Origin: Rebecca billardiae RCC1528
Lineage: Eukaryota > Protista > Haptophyta
Length of the DNA: 64,000 nucleotides
Direction: 5' to 3'
Assembly: GCA_965240325.2 (NCBI GenBank)
Contig: OZ251232.1
Coordinates: 1-64,000, forward strand
Shown: positions 1-13,175 of the stretch, in pieces
Numbering within the stretch: position 1 is the first letter of the stretch
Layout: each line of letters begins with the position of its first letter
Translations under genes and position numbers: made by a program
The notes under the pieces: model-generated
The model's input: the letters and a program-made list of their open reading frames with translations, nothing else
Database searches by the model: none
What the model was told of the DNA's origin: nothing

Positions 1-349
1 CCCTAACCCTAAACCCTAACCCCCTAAACCCTAACCCTAACCCTAACCTAACCCTAACCCTAACCCTAACCCTAACCCTAACCCTAACCCTAACCCTAAC
101 CCTAACCCTAACCCCTAACCCTAACCCACCCTAACCCCTAACCCTAACCCTAACCCTAACCCTAACCCCTAACCCTAACCCTAACCCTAACCCTAACCCT
201 AAACCCCTAACCCTAACCCTAACCCTAACCCTAACCCTAACCCTAACCTAACCTAACCCTAACCCTAACCACCTAACCTAACCCTAACCCTAACCCTAAC
301 CCTAACCCTAACCTAACCCTAACCCTAACCCTAACCCTAACCCCTAACC

Positions 350-390
<41 letters not shown>

Positions 391-637
391 CCCTAACCCC
401 TAAACCCTAACCCCTAACCCTAACCCTAACCCTAACCCCTAACCCTAACCCTAACCCTAACCCTAACCCCTAACCCTAACCCTAACCCTAACCCTAACCC
501 TAACCCTAACCCCTAAACCCTAACCCTAACCCTAACCCTAACCCCCCCTAACCCTAACCCTAACCCTAACCCTAACCCTAACCCTAACCCTAACCCTAAC
601 CCTAACCCTAACCCTAACCCTAACCCTAACCCTAACC

Positions 638-678
<41 letters not shown>

Positions 679-824
679 CCCTAACCCTAACCCTAACCCT
701 AACCCTAACCCTAACCCTAACCCTAACCTAACCCTAACCCTAACCCTAACCCCTAACCCTAACCCTAACCCTAACCCTAACCCTAACCCTAACCCTAACC
801 CTAACCCTAACCCTAACCCTAACC

Positions 825-865
<41 letters not shown>

Positions 866-891
866 CCCTAACCCTAACCCTAACCCTAACC

Positions 892-923
<32 letters not shown>

Positions 924-929
924 CTAACC

Positions 930-970
<41 letters not shown>

Positions 971-1187
971 CCCTAACCTCCTAACCCTAACCCTAAACCC
1001 TAACCCTACCCCTAACCCTAACCCTAACCTAACCCCCTAACCCAAACCTAACCCTAACCCCTACCCTAACCCTAACCCTAACCCTAACCTAACCCCTAAC
1101 CCTAACCCTAACCCTAACCCCTAACCCCTAACCCTAACCCTAACCCTAACCCCTAACCCTAACCCTAACCCTAACCCTAACCCTAAC

Positions 1188-1218
<31 letters not shown>

Positions 1219-1536
1219 CCCTAACCCCCTAACCCTAACCCTAACCCTAACCCTAACCCTAACCCTAACCCCTAAACCCTAACCCTAACCCTAACCCTAA
1301 CCCTAACCCTAACCCTAACCCTAACCCTAACCCTAACCTAACCCTAACCCTAACCCTAACCCTAACCCTAACCCTAACCCTAACCCTAACCCTAACCCTA
1401 ACCCTAACCCTAACCCTAACCCTAACCCCTAACCCTAACCCTAACCCTAACCCTAACCCTAACCCTAACCCTAACCCTAACCCTAACCCTAACCCTAACC
1501 CTAACCCTAACCCTAACCCTAACCCTAACCCTAACC

Positions 1537-1577
<41 letters not shown>

Positions 1578-1712
1578 CCCTAACCCTAACCTAACCCTAA
1601 CCCTAACCCTAACCCTAACCCTAACCCTAACCCTAACCCTAAACCCTAAACCCTAACCCTAACCCTAACCCTAACCCTAACCCTAACCCTAACCCTAACC
1701 CTAACCCTAACC

Positions 1713-1753
<41 letters not shown>

Positions 1754-1836
1754 CCCTAACCCTAACCCTAACCCCTAACCCTAACCCTAACTAACCCTAA
1801 CCCTAACCCTAACCCTAACCCTAACCTAACCCTAAC

Positions 1837-1867
<31 letters not shown>

Positions 1868-2084
1868 CCCTAACCCTAACCCTAACCCTAACCCTAACCC
1901 TAACCCTAACCCTAACCCTAACCCTAACCCTAACCCTAACCCTAACCCTAACCCTAACCTAAACCTAACCCTAACCCTAACCCTAACCCTAACCCTAACC
2001 CTAACCCTAACCCTAACCCTAACCCAACCCCTCACCCTAACCCTAACCCTAACCCTAACCCTAACCCTAACCCTAACCCTAACC

Positions 2085-2115
<31 letters not shown>

Positions 2116-2224
2116 TAACCCTAACCCTAACCCTAACCTAACCCTAACCCTAACCCCTAACCCTAACCCTAACCCTAACCCTAACCCTAACCCTAACCCT
2201 AACCCTAACCCCTAACCCCTAACC

Positions 2225-2265
<41 letters not shown>

Positions 2266-3107
2266 CCCTAACCCTAACCCTAACCCTAACCCTAACCCTA
2301 ACCCTAACCCTAACCCTAACCCTAACCCTAACCCTAACCCTAACCTAACCCTAACCCTAACCCTAACCCTAACCCTAACCCTAACCCTAACCCTAACCCT
2401 AACCCTAACCCTAACCCTAACCCTAACCCTAACCCTAACCCTAACCCCTAACCCTAACCCTAACCCTAACCCTAACCCTAACCCTAACCCTAACCCTAAC
2501 CCTAACCCTAACCCTAACCCTAACCCTAACCCTAACCCTAACCCCTAACCCTAACCCTAACCCTAACCCTAACCTAACCCTAACCCCTAACCCTAACCCT
2601 AACCCTAACCCTAACCCTAACCCTAACCCTAACCCTAACCCTAACCCTAACCCTAACCCTAACCCTAACCCTAACCCTAACCCTAACCCTAACCCTAACC
2701 CTAACCCTAACCCTAACCCTAACCCTAACCCTAACCCTAACCCTAACCCTAACCCTAACCCTAACCCTAACCCTAACCCTAACCCTAACCCTAACCCTAA
2801 CCCTAACCCTAACCCCTAACCCTAACCCTAACCCTAACCCCTAACCCTAAACCCTAACCCCCCTAACCCTAACCCTAACCCTAACCCTAACCCTAACCCC
2901 TAACCCTAACCCTAACCCTAACCCTAACCCTAACCCCTAACCCTAACCCTAACCCTAACCCTAACCCTAACCTAACCCTAACCCTAACCCTAACCCTAAC
3001 CCTAACCCTAACCCTAACCCTAAACCTAACCCTAACCCTAACCCTTAACCCTAACCCTAACCCTAACCCTAACCCTAACCCTAACCCTAACCCTAACCCT
3101 AACCTAG
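1..3107. repeat. Terminal telomeric array (CCCTAA)n
   Basis: Continuous CCCTAA hexamers from base 1 with scattered 1-nt indels; C-rich strand at the 5' end, as expected for a left chromosome end. Confidence 0.99.
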
Positions 3108-4295
3108 CAGGTTAGGGTTAGGGCGCAGGTAAGGGTTAGGGCGCAGGTAAGGGTTAGGGCGCAGGTAAGGGTTAGGGAAATGGTAAGGGTTAGGGAAATG
3201 GTTAGGGTTAGGGTTAGGGAAATGGTTAGGGTCGCCGGTACTAAAATGAGAATTTCTCGAGATTGACCAAACCGATTTCAACGAGACTTGGGCTCTGCCA
3301 TGGAAATGGAAAGGGCTAGGGACCCTCCAATTTTGAGAGGATTCGGCTCGGGCAATCTCGAGAAAACATACTTCTAACCCCAACCCTAACCTAGAAATGT
3401 ACAATGTATCCAAATGTACAATGTATCCAAATGTACAATGCACATTTCCGAATGTACAATGTACATTCCGAATGTACAATGTACATTTCCGAATGTACAA
3501 TGTACTACACACCAAATGTAAAATTTACATTCCAAATGTACAATGTGAGGGTGAGGGTAAGGGTTAGGGCGCAGGTAAGGGTTAGGGCGCAGGTAAGGGT
3601 TAGGGCGCAGGTAAGGGTTAGGGAAATGGTAAGGGTTAGGGCGCACGTAAGGGTTAGGGCGCAGGTAAGGGTTAGGGAAATGGTAAGGGTTAGGGAAATG
3701 GTCAGGGTTAGGGAAATGGTAAGGGTTAGGGAAATGGTAAGGGTTAGGGAAATGGTTAGGGTTAGGGTTAGGGAAATGGTTAGGGTCGCCGGTACTAAAA
3801 TGAGAATTTCTCGAGATTGACCGAACCGATTTCAACGAGACTTGGGCTCTGCCATGGAAATGGAAAGGGCTAGGGACCCTCCAATTTTGAGAGGATTCGG
3901 CTCGGTCAATCTCGAGAAAACATACTTCTAACGGGTTAGGGCGCAGGTAGGGCGCAGGTAAGGGTTAGGGCGCTGGTAAGGGTTAGGGCGCAGGTAAGGG
4001 TTAGGGCGCAGGTAAGGGTTAGGGCGCAGGTACGGGTTAGGGCGCAGGTAAGGGTTAGGGCGCAGGTAAGGGTTAGGGCGCAGGTAAGGGTTAGGGCGCA
4101 GGTAAGGGTTAGGGCGCAGGTAAGGGTTAGGGTTAGGGTGGTGGTTAGGGTCGCCAGTACTAAAATGAGAATTTCTCGAGATTGACCGAACTGATTTCAA
4201 CGAGACTTGGGCTCTGCCATGGAAATGGGAAGGGCTAAGGGCCCTCCAATTTTGAGAGAATTTGGCTCGGTCAATCTCGAGAAAACATACTTCTA
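3108..4295. repeat. Subtelomeric array: inverted 18-bp telomere-variant repeats plus three 145-bp modules
   Basis: Units GGGTTAGGGCGCAGGTAA and GGGTTAGGGAAATGGTAA, G-rich on the + strand. Near-identical 145-bp modules (TCGCC...CATACTTCTA) at 3232-3376, 3786-3930 and 4151-4295. Confidence 0.95.
3394..3546. repeat. AT-rich short tandem repeat (AATGTACAATGTA-type)
   Basis: Repeated AATGTACAATG units containing TGTACA palindromes, lying after module 1 and before the next telomere-variant array. Confidence 0.85.
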
Positions 4296-7200
4296 GGGCG
4301 CGCGCGGCGCAGCCGGCGGCGGCTCGGCTGCGCGAGCGGTCCGACGCCGCACGCCTCGCCTGAACCACTCGAAGCACGTCGCACCGCGCACCGCACACAC
4401 ACACGCTCTCGGCGCGCGCGCTCGCATCCAGCGCGCCGGGACGGGCACCGCGCGGCCGCCCGCCCGTGGAGCGAGAGGCGGCGGCGCGACGGCCACTGCC
4501 GTGGGCAGCGGCCGCAGCGCGCGCGCGGCGTGCGACGGGCCAGCCGCACGCGCCGCCGCTCGTGCCGCCGCGCGGCACTCGCGCCAGACGCGCCGCGTGC
4601 GCTCAGAGGCCCAACCTCGGCGCGGTTGAGCGGGCCGGCCGCCATCCGCATTCCCAGTTCAGACTCTCAGACCTGCCGCCGATCTCGCGACGGGCGATGG
4701 CGGCGCCCACCCGCCTGCCGTCGCCTCGGGCGTCTGCGGCAGACCGACCGCGCGAGGGGCGCGCGGTCGGTGTCCTTCGTGGGCCGTCCGAGCGCGCCCG
4801 CCCACCGGCTCGCTCTGTCCGCGAAGCACAGCCACACATAGCCCCCAGGAACAGCACGCCCGCGCCCGCGCCCGCGCGCGCGCGCCACAGTCCGCGCGCA
4901 CCGCAACCGCAGGGCCGCTCCGACGGGCGCCACACGCGGCACACACCCCGGGGACACGCATAGGAACGTCACCGCGGCGGTTGCGTGAGGGTCGGCCCGA
5001 GCCGCGCTCGCGCGCCCTCGTAAGAGACTACGCGACGGCCGTCGGCTGAACCCCGTTTCTCTCCTAACGTGGCCCACTCGGCCGCCACAGGTCGCGCACT
5101 GTGCAGCAGGGGCTCGCCGGGCAGTGGGCATCGGCCACCGAGGCTGCGCAGGGCCAGGCAAGCGTGCACGCCCGCTGACGCATTGCAAGCTAGCCAACGA
5201 CGGATGCGAACCGGCGCTGATCAATAGTACGCGTACCCCTCCAACTTTCCGAGGACCGAGGGTGTACCACTAACTAATCAGCGCGGCGGTAGGTTACTTT
5301 TATGCCGCACCGATTCGCGAGGCCGAGGAGGAACGGCGAAACACACGCGGACGCCACGTCGTTGCAGGGCGGCCGCGCTCAGCACCGCGCCGAAGCAGGC
5401 CGACGCGCTGCTCGAACCTACGTGCCATGTGCACCACGCGGCGCCACGCGCTCGGCGGGCACGCCCGGCCGGCCGTGTGCGCACGCACCTCGAGCGTCCC
5501 GTCGCGCGGTGCGCAAGTAGCTTCTGCGCGGACGCGCGTGCGCGCGGACGGTGGCGCGCCGTCGGCGGCGGAGGGAGCTTGGCGCCGTGCGCGGCGCTCG
5601 TGCGCACAGGCGCCGGGAGGAGCTGCGCCCGCTCCGCGCTGCGCGCGGCGCTGCGCCTCCGCCGCACGCGCCCTCGGCGCGCTCCCCGCTGCCTGCCCGG
5701 CGCTCGCTCGCATGCGGCGCACCGCGCACTGGTCTGCACGCGGCGGCGGATCGTACGTTCAGTACACTGGTCGGGCCGGTCGAAGCGCGAGGTTCGATCG
5801 CAGGAGCGGGCGCTCGTGGCCCGCCGGAGCGAGCACAGCGGCGGCGCGCGGCCGCGGCCCGCAGCCCGTGGCTCCTGCTCGGCAGCTGGGCGCTGCAGCG
5901 GGCGCGCCCCACCCCGGCCTCGCGCGAGAGCAGCGGCGATGCGTTGGGGTGCGCGGCGGTGCGTTGCGCCGCGGAGTGGGCGCGTTGGCCACTCCGGGCC
6001 CGCACCGGGCGCACGCACCGGGCAAGCACTCGAACGCACTCGAGCCGGCGCGAGCTTCGACGCGCGGCCGCAGCCGGCACATCACAGGGGGCCAGCGCAC
6101 AAGTCCGGCGGCGCGGCGTGCGCGCGAGCAGCGCTGCATTCAGCAGTTGCCGCTCACCGGGGTCAGGTTGGACGAGGTGGAAGATGGGGGGCCGGGGCGG
6201 GGCCAGCTTCAGACGGTGCGAGGCGCTCGGACGGCAGTGGGGTGCCATGCGCGCGTCGCCCCCGGCGCGCGGCCGCGCCGCCGTCCGACGCCCAACGCAG
6301 CCTTGGAGAGCCGCCACTCCGCGCAGCGGCATGCGCGTCGCAGAGCGTGCGTGCAGTCGCGGGCAAGAGGACAGTCCAAGCGCGCAGCACGCACCCCGCG
6401 CGAAACCGCAGTGCGCAGGCTGCTGCTCGTCGGCGCGAGCCTCGCCTGCCAGGCCGCTGCGGCCCGAGCCGCGACGCCCGGCGGTCGCGAGCCGCCACGC
6501 GGCGCGCAGCTACGCCTGCGCCGAGGCAGTGAGCGCGCACGCGCGCGTAGCGGACGAGGAGCACGCATACGCGCGTGCGCGCGTTGCTGACCCGCCGGCA
6601 CCTCCCGCCGTTGTCTGCAAAGCGAGACCCACCCCGCGGCGAGCTCGGGCTGCCATAAGCAGCTGCCGCGATTTGACCCCTGTTGGAGCCTAAGTTTGGC
6701 GGCTTGGCGAGCGGCGGTGGGGGGCGGGGGCGCGCCACGAGCGGGTTGGAGGCGTCGCCGGGGTCGAGTAGCCTTGCCCACCACGACGATTCCCGGGTGG
6801 GAGGGGCGGACATTTTGGAGAAGTTCGAATCGGCGGTTTCCGTCCCGATGTCTATTTCACAAAGCTACTCGCGGTACCGTCGGAGTAATGTAAGTACGTA
6901 TTTCGCGCGGGTGCAAATCATTAGTGGCACTTGATGAAGTCGTTCCTTCAATTCCTCGAATCACCTCCGCCCGCACTATTCACCTACCCCTCGACCTTCG
7001 CGTTCCACAAGGAGCGCCCCGGCAAAGGGCGTCCCGGCGCGAGAGCCGCTGCCAAAGCCTCGGTAGTCGGTGGGCAGTGGGCTGGGTCTCGGCGGACGGG
7101 TGCGAGTCGAGTCGGGGCCGCGCGGGGGCCGAACGGGCGGGGGAGAGACGCGGCGTCCATGGCGTATTCGCGTGCGCGCATGGATTGCTCGAACCGCCCG

Positions 7201-7849
7201 AGGTAGTGTGCGCCACATGTGCGTGCAGACGGCACGACGCCGCGCGAGTCAGCCAGACTGAGAGCTCGTGGTGCTCGCGCCGCACGGCGCCCGCGCTGCC
7301 CAAGCAGTGTGCGCCGGCGGAGAAGAGGAAGCTGGCGTGGGTGTCAGAATGTACGCGCGAATGCACCGAGCCCAACGCACGCATCCGCGCACGCATCCCC
7401 TCGTCTGTGACTTTGTTCACTCCGGCGGCTCAGGCCGCCGATGCGTGCCAAGTGAGGTTGCCGTCGCTGCGCCCACATCGCAAGATCGTCTTGGTCCATC
7501 GTGCTCGCGACTACCCACTGCTTGGCCCGTGATGTAGCGTAGACGACTGCTCGCCGGCTCTGGCACTCGCCGGGTCTATGCGACGGCCGGGTGCGGCGCG
7601 CCACGCGGCCGAGTGGACGGCCCGGGCAGTGGGGCCACGCCGGTGGCCCGCGCAGCGCTCGCGCACACCGCGTGCGTGCCGCAGTGCCGCGTACGGGCAC
7701 CACTGCGCTCGCGGCTGGGCGCAGTGCAGCTAGCGGTCTGCCTTATTCTAGCACTCGCTACACACGGCCTGCTCCCTAGACTTGATGGCATCTGAAATGG
7801 TGCTGGAAGTCGAGCGTCCACACCGGCGTGCCGGCAGACGCTCGTTGCG

Positions 7850-8345
7850 GTCAGGTGTTGCGCGGGCGCAAGCCGTTGGCAGCTAGAACCCAGCTGACCT
7901 CGCGGACGCTGTGTTGCTCTCGCCAGCAGCCGAGCACGTGCCCTTGCTTGATCGCCGTGAGAGACGCGATCGCGAAGAAGTCTCAGCCGGCGCCGCAGAG
8001 CGGCAAGCGGCACATGAGATAGGATGTCGAGCTCGCGCAGCCAACACACTGGCGGTCCTCAGCAACGAGGCCGATGGCAGTGACGTCGAGCGCGCTGGCC
8101 TCGACCTGGATATCGGTCCGCTTGGTCGCGTCCACGGCTCGGTAGTGCGCTGCGACGCGCGTGAGCAGCCTCCCGAAGATCGCCGCGTGCTGCTGCTCGC
8201 GGATGTGGGGGACGGGTCACTGGGGTTGGACGGACCACAGGATCTTGCTGTACCGCGCGACGAGGGTGGGCACAGCCTCCGCCGGCGGGTGATGCAGCTT
8301 CGCGCTGTGCTAGATGGCAACGATGGCAACGTGGTGATGTACTGA
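7850..8345 (-). pseudogene. Possible decayed coding fragment
   Basis: One minus frame reads protein-like with mostly G/C third positions (..VPTLVARYSKILWSVQPQ*PVPHIREQQHAAIFGRLLTRVAAHYRAVDATKRTDIQVEASALDV..) but has in-frame stops at 8310-8312, 8217-8219 and 7983-7985. Confidence 0.3.
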
Positions 8346-8583
8346 TTAAACTGCGAGCGCGGCAGCCCGCAGCAACGCTTGGATTCGACGCACGCCAAGC
8401 GTGTCACGCCGATGCTGCGTGGGCGTGCCGCGCGCGGCGCGCGCTGCGCCCCCGCGCCTTGCTCGGGGCAGCGGGGCTCGCGCGCCGCGCCCGGAGTTGT
8501 ATATTTATACCTGCTGACTTGGCCTCGCCCGCGCGCGCGCCACCGCCCGCGCTGTCGCGCCGTCCGGCCCAGCACGCGCGCAG

Positions 8584-8770
8584 GTGATGGCGACGATCGG
8601 CCTGCCGCACAACGTCCAGTTCTACAAGTCGCAGGGCACACGGTACGATGGCTTCCGCGAGGCGTTGCTAACGGGCCGCGACGTGTTCGTGCAGTACGTG
8701 ATGCCGTGGGTCAGACATCCGCAGAGCTGGGTGTCGGTCGGCTGCAGCACCGTGCGCGACGTCGAGTGTG
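8584..8770 (+). pseudogene. Orphan exon-like fragment
   Basis: Preceded by a GC-rich intron-like tract ending GCGCAG; encodes VMATIGLPHNVQFYKSQGTRYDGFREALLTGRDVFVQYVMPWVRHPQSW; no convincing flanking exons found. Confidence 0.3.
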
Positions 8771-9262
8771 TGTGTGCTCGGGCACATCAAGGCCTGCGGT
8801 GCACGCGCGCTGCAGCCGTGCCACCGGCCCCGCGCGCGCCCGCCATGCGGGCGGTGTGGGCGGTGTGTGCGCCTGCCCTGCGCCGCGCCGCTCGCCCCGC
8901 CGCCTTCTCTCCAACCGCCGCCTGACGTTGAGGCTGCTCCCGCCCTGATCCTCCCCTCCCTCCCCGAGCCTCCTTCCGCCGCCTGGGCCGGCCGATCGAG
9001 AACTGGGCAGGTAGATTGAAAGGCGGCTTGTTCAAGCCGCTGGAGTTGTGTCCTACCAAAGGAGCCGCCTCTTTAACAATCGGGTTGTTTAGGGTTCAGG
9101 CTGGTGCCTTTTAAGTGCGGGTACGGACAGTCGTTTGAGATTCTCACGAAAATGACCGCCGTCCCCGTGGGGGAATCGTCGTGGTGCCCCGCCGCGCGCC
9201 AGCCTCGCGCGCGCTCCCCTCGCGCGTGAGCGTCGCCGGCGTGAGGGCGGTGTGCACCTTGT

Positions 9263-9437
9263 GGCGTGCAGAGCGAAGGGACGACCAGTCGCCATCTCAG
9301 ACAAACTACCAGTTCAGACGCGTGCGCTTTTTTAATCCGGCCTTTTTCCCGGAGCGGGAAACTCGACGTCCGCGAACGGCTGCCGGGTGCCAGCGCAGCG
9401 CAGCGGCACGACTGGTCGTCCCTTCGCTCTGCACGCC
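9263..9437. repeat. Perfect 29-bp inverted repeat pair
   Basis: GGCGTGCAGAGCGAAGGGACGACCAGTCG at 9263-9291 and its exact reverse complement at 9409-9437. Confidence 0.9.
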
Positions 9438-9814
9438 GTTCCGCTGGGGAGAAAAGCGAAGCGTCAGCTGCTTATGCTGATTTCTGAACAAGCGACGGAA
9501 TTCGGGAGGCGCGAGGGAAAAAAGGACCGCCCGGCGACCCACGCAAAAAAAAAACAGCCCTCGGCAAGCATGGCGGCCCTCGTTCCGCCTCGGCGTTCGC
9601 GGGGCCAAGACTCAAGGGCTCAAGGCGGACGTCGTGCTGTCCGGCGCGCACGCACGCCGACTCAGCGCGACTCAGCGGTGCGCGAGAGGGGCCCCGCGCC
9701 GCCGAGCACCATGCGCTCGGTGCACCCCCTCCGGCTCGCACCGCCCCACCCGTGGCCCTTGCGACTGCGCCCCCGACGCGAGCGCACTGCCCGCTCGCTC
9801 GGCCCGCGCTGAAA

Positions 9815-11940
9815 GCAAACGCTGCCGGCTGCGCGCGGCCGCGCGAGCGCACGGCCGAGCGGCCGAGCGCGCGTGCTGGGGGGATGCACTCGCGTCTCCG
9901 CCACTCGCACGCACGACGCCGCGCAGGGCGTGGTGCCCGCCAGCCACGCGTGAACAGCTGCCAAGTCTGCGCGCAGAGCTCGGTCGCGGCGCGCGCGCGG
10001 CTGTTGAAAATAAAGGCTGCGCGACTCCTGCTCGCCACCGCCGACCCGCGGTGATCATGGGCGCCGGAGTGTGCGCTCGTCTCGACCGCCACGCACCACG
10101 GCAAGGGACGGCCGCTCCCTCGAAGCGAGGCGCGTGCGCGAGCGTGCGCAGCGCGGCCGTGATGGCGCGCACCAGAGGCAGCTCGGACGAGGTGGAGGAT
10201 GGGGGCGCGGGGGCGGGGGCGGGCTGGGCCGTTGCGTTGCGCTGGACACGACCGCTGCTCGCCGCCGCGATGATCGCGCTCGACAGTGCTTCGACAGTGC
10301 TCGTCGCGGCCGCCGCGGCAAGGCGCGCCCGCTCCTTCGACGTGAGGCGCGCGCGCGCCCGGCCGCACCGCAGTGGGACGGCCGTGCGCAGATGAGCTGG
10401 CGCTCGCGCGCGATGAGGAGCGCCCTGATGCTTGCCGCGCTCACTACGCGGCCCACCAGGCGCAGGCTTGACGGAGGGTAAGACGGGGGGCCGGGGCGGG
10501 GGCAGCATCGACCGATGCGAGGCGCTGGGCCGGCTGCGGCGCTCCACATCCGCAGCGCCCGGCCGCGCGGCCCGCCTCTCCGGTGCGGCCCAGCCAGCAG
10601 CGCTCGGCGGTAGCTGCCACAGCAGCAGCGCCCGGCAGGCGGCGCCGCGCGCGCCGCGCGATCTGCTCGGGCGCGGAGCGGCAGCCTCGGCGCCGCAAGA
10701 GCGTGCGCGGCGGGGCTCACACACGTTCCACAGCGCAAGAGCCGCGCAATTGGCAGCCGTGACGCGCCGCTCGGCGCGGCTGCACTCCCTCCCTGACTGG
10801 GCCGCCCTTGCTGCACGCTGGGATGCCCTCGCAGGCGTGGCCCGTTCACCCCCCAGTTCGGCCGTCCGAGTGGCCCGACTGCCCGCGCACAGCCATGCCG
10901 TGCTGCGCCACGCGAAGCGCAACAGCACCTAGCCAGCCACAACGGCACAAGCCAGCTGCAGGTTGGCGGCGGTGGGCGGCGACGTGGGCGATGGCTGCTG
11001 ATTCGACGGTGTGCACAAAGCAGCCAAGGCTCGTCGATAGACGCCCGCCATCGCCGCCTGCCTCCCCAAACCGCCCAGCGCGGCTATCGGACGGCCCGCG
11101 CCGCTCGCCGGAGGCAGGTCGGATGGCGAGTGAGACTGGGCTGGGACAGATACGCACCTTGGGCTCGTGCGAGGCACAGGGGCGGATACGGCGCTCCACG
11201 TACGCGCCTCCAGGCGCACGACCGCCTCGTCCGACGCGGGCTCGCGCCCATCTTGCGCCGCGGGATGCAGACTCGTGGGGAGAGGCCATGCTGATTCGCG
11301 CGCAGCCGCGACCAACGGTCGTCGGTGACGTCGCGAAAAAAAGATTACCAACGTCGATATATTCCAGGCGAGGGAATTCAGGGAAAAGTCAACTGGGCCT
11401 CGGAAGCCAGCATGGCGGCGCCGCTTCCCGGCCGTCCGCCGGAGGGCGGCTGTCGTGCGCGTCGCGTGCGCGCGCACGGCGGCCCAGTGGTGCGCGAGAG
11501 GATCCACGCGCCGTCGAAGCACGCGCCCGGAGCGCCTCGGCCAGCTCACCACGTCCCACGCGCTGCCATCGCGACAGTGCGCGGCGGCGCGAGCGCACCG
11601 CCACTCCCCTCGCTCGGCCGCGCTGCCACGCAAACGCTGCCGGCCGCGCGCGGCCGCGCGGGTGCACTGCCGAGCGGTCGAGCGCGCTTGCTGGGGGGAT
11701 GCACTCGCGTTTCCGTCGCTTGCACGACGCCGCACAGTGCGCGGTGCCCGTCAGCAACGCGTGAACAGCTGCCAAGTCTGCGCGCAGAGCTCGGCCCGGC
11801 GGCGTGCGCGGCCGTCCAACATGTAGAATGCGCTCCCGCTGCTCGCCACTGCCGACCCGCGCTGACCGCGCTCGAGTGTGCTCGTCTCGATCGCCACGTG
11901 CACGCGTCCCTGCACGGGGCGCCCGCGCCTTCGACGTGAG
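9815..11940 (+). repeat. Degenerate direct duplication in the subtelomere
   Basis: ~9815-10090 matches ~11630-11900 (shared GCTGGGGGGATGCACTCGCGT and CGCGTGAACAGCTGCCAAGTCTGCGCGCAGAGCTCGG); related shorter motifs near 6170, 10185 and 10480. Confidence 0.85.
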
Positions 11941-13175
11941 GCGCGTGCGCGACCAGCGGCATGCAGCAGCTGCGCGTAGGCCGCTCGCGGCCGTGATGGC
12001 GCCACGCCTTGCGCCCGCGCGGGCGCGCGATGGTCAGCCTGCGACGGCCGCGCGCGCTGCCCCAGGCCCAGCATCGGTACGGCCGCGACAGCCCGAGCCT
12101 GGGGCACGGGCAGCCCGTGCGGGCCCGCGCGGGCATAGTCGCGGGATGCCACGCCTCGACCTCGGCACCGCGGCGCCGCGTGCTGCGCCGAGGTCAGACG
12201 AGCCGAGCCGAGCCGCACTCGACGCGGGCGCGCTCGGCGCAGCCGGCACAGCTCCGGACGCCTAGGTTAGGCGCTGCAGCCGCAGCCCGAGGCTGGCTCG
12301 AGGTCGTCGTGTGCGCCTTCGTGCGGGTAGCCCGGGGGGTCCCACGCCTCGCGCTCGGCTTGAACGCCGCGTGCTGCGCAGCGGTTCATCGCACCTCGCC
12401 AGCCAGACCTGCAGCTGCCGTGCGGTCAGAGCACTCGGCGCAGGCCGCGCGCGGCAACTGCGACTACTACAATGGCGGCGGCGGCGGGCGCGGGCGCGGG
12501 TGAAGGCTGCTTGGCTAGACGATGCGCACGGAGCGGCCAAGGCTCGCCAGCAGACGCCCGTCGTCGCTCGTCCGCCGCCCAACCTGCCATCCCCCGAGGC
12601 CGTCCGAACGTGTGCCGGCCGCCGCGCTCGGGATTTTCCGGTCGTCGCGCGCCGGCGGGGCGCGCAAAAATAAAAATAATGGGGCGAGGTCCGCGAGGAA
12701 CGACATCTGACATCAAGTGCATTTTCGTCGATCGTTATTTTTATTTTAGCCGCGCCAAAAATCGCTCTGCCCCCATGCACTCAGTCGAGCGCGCCGCGCG
12801 GCGGCTCAGCATGACGATTAAGTGACTAAGCCGCGTAGCGGCAGGCGGCCCGGCTGCTGACAGCTGATGCGCGGAACTGGGCGATCACTAGCGCGCGTCA
12901 AATAGGTAGCTTGCGCATGCCGCGCGGCGGCCGCCGGACCGCAGTGCAGCAGCAGCTGATGAATCTACGTTAATGGGCGGTCCGTAGCCACCGCAGCGGC
13001 CGCGCGCCCGTCGACAGGCGGCGTCCTCGCCGGGACTCCGGGCCGCCGTGCTGCAGCACTCAAGCTGCGCCGCGGTGCTCCGCCTCGACAGCACGGCCCC
13101 GGGGTGAGTGCGCACGCGCGCGAGCGCTCCAAGCCGCGCCGCCACCCGCGACGGCGGCGGCAGCGGCGCCTCGGC

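Noticed and set aside
1-3107. Variant telomere units (CCTAA, CCCCTAA, CCCTAAA) as evidence of a sloppy telomerase
   Set aside because: Indistinguishable from long-read homopolymer indel errors without the raw data.
1832-4578. ORFs in the telomere and subtelomeric repeats (RVRV, PNPY peptides)
   Set aside because: These are translations of telomeric repeats.
5268-6926. Possible CACTA element (CACTA at 5268, TAGTG at 6922-6926)
   Set aside because: Only ~7-10 bp of inverted match, the 3-bp flanks differ (TAC vs GCA), and there is no transposase.
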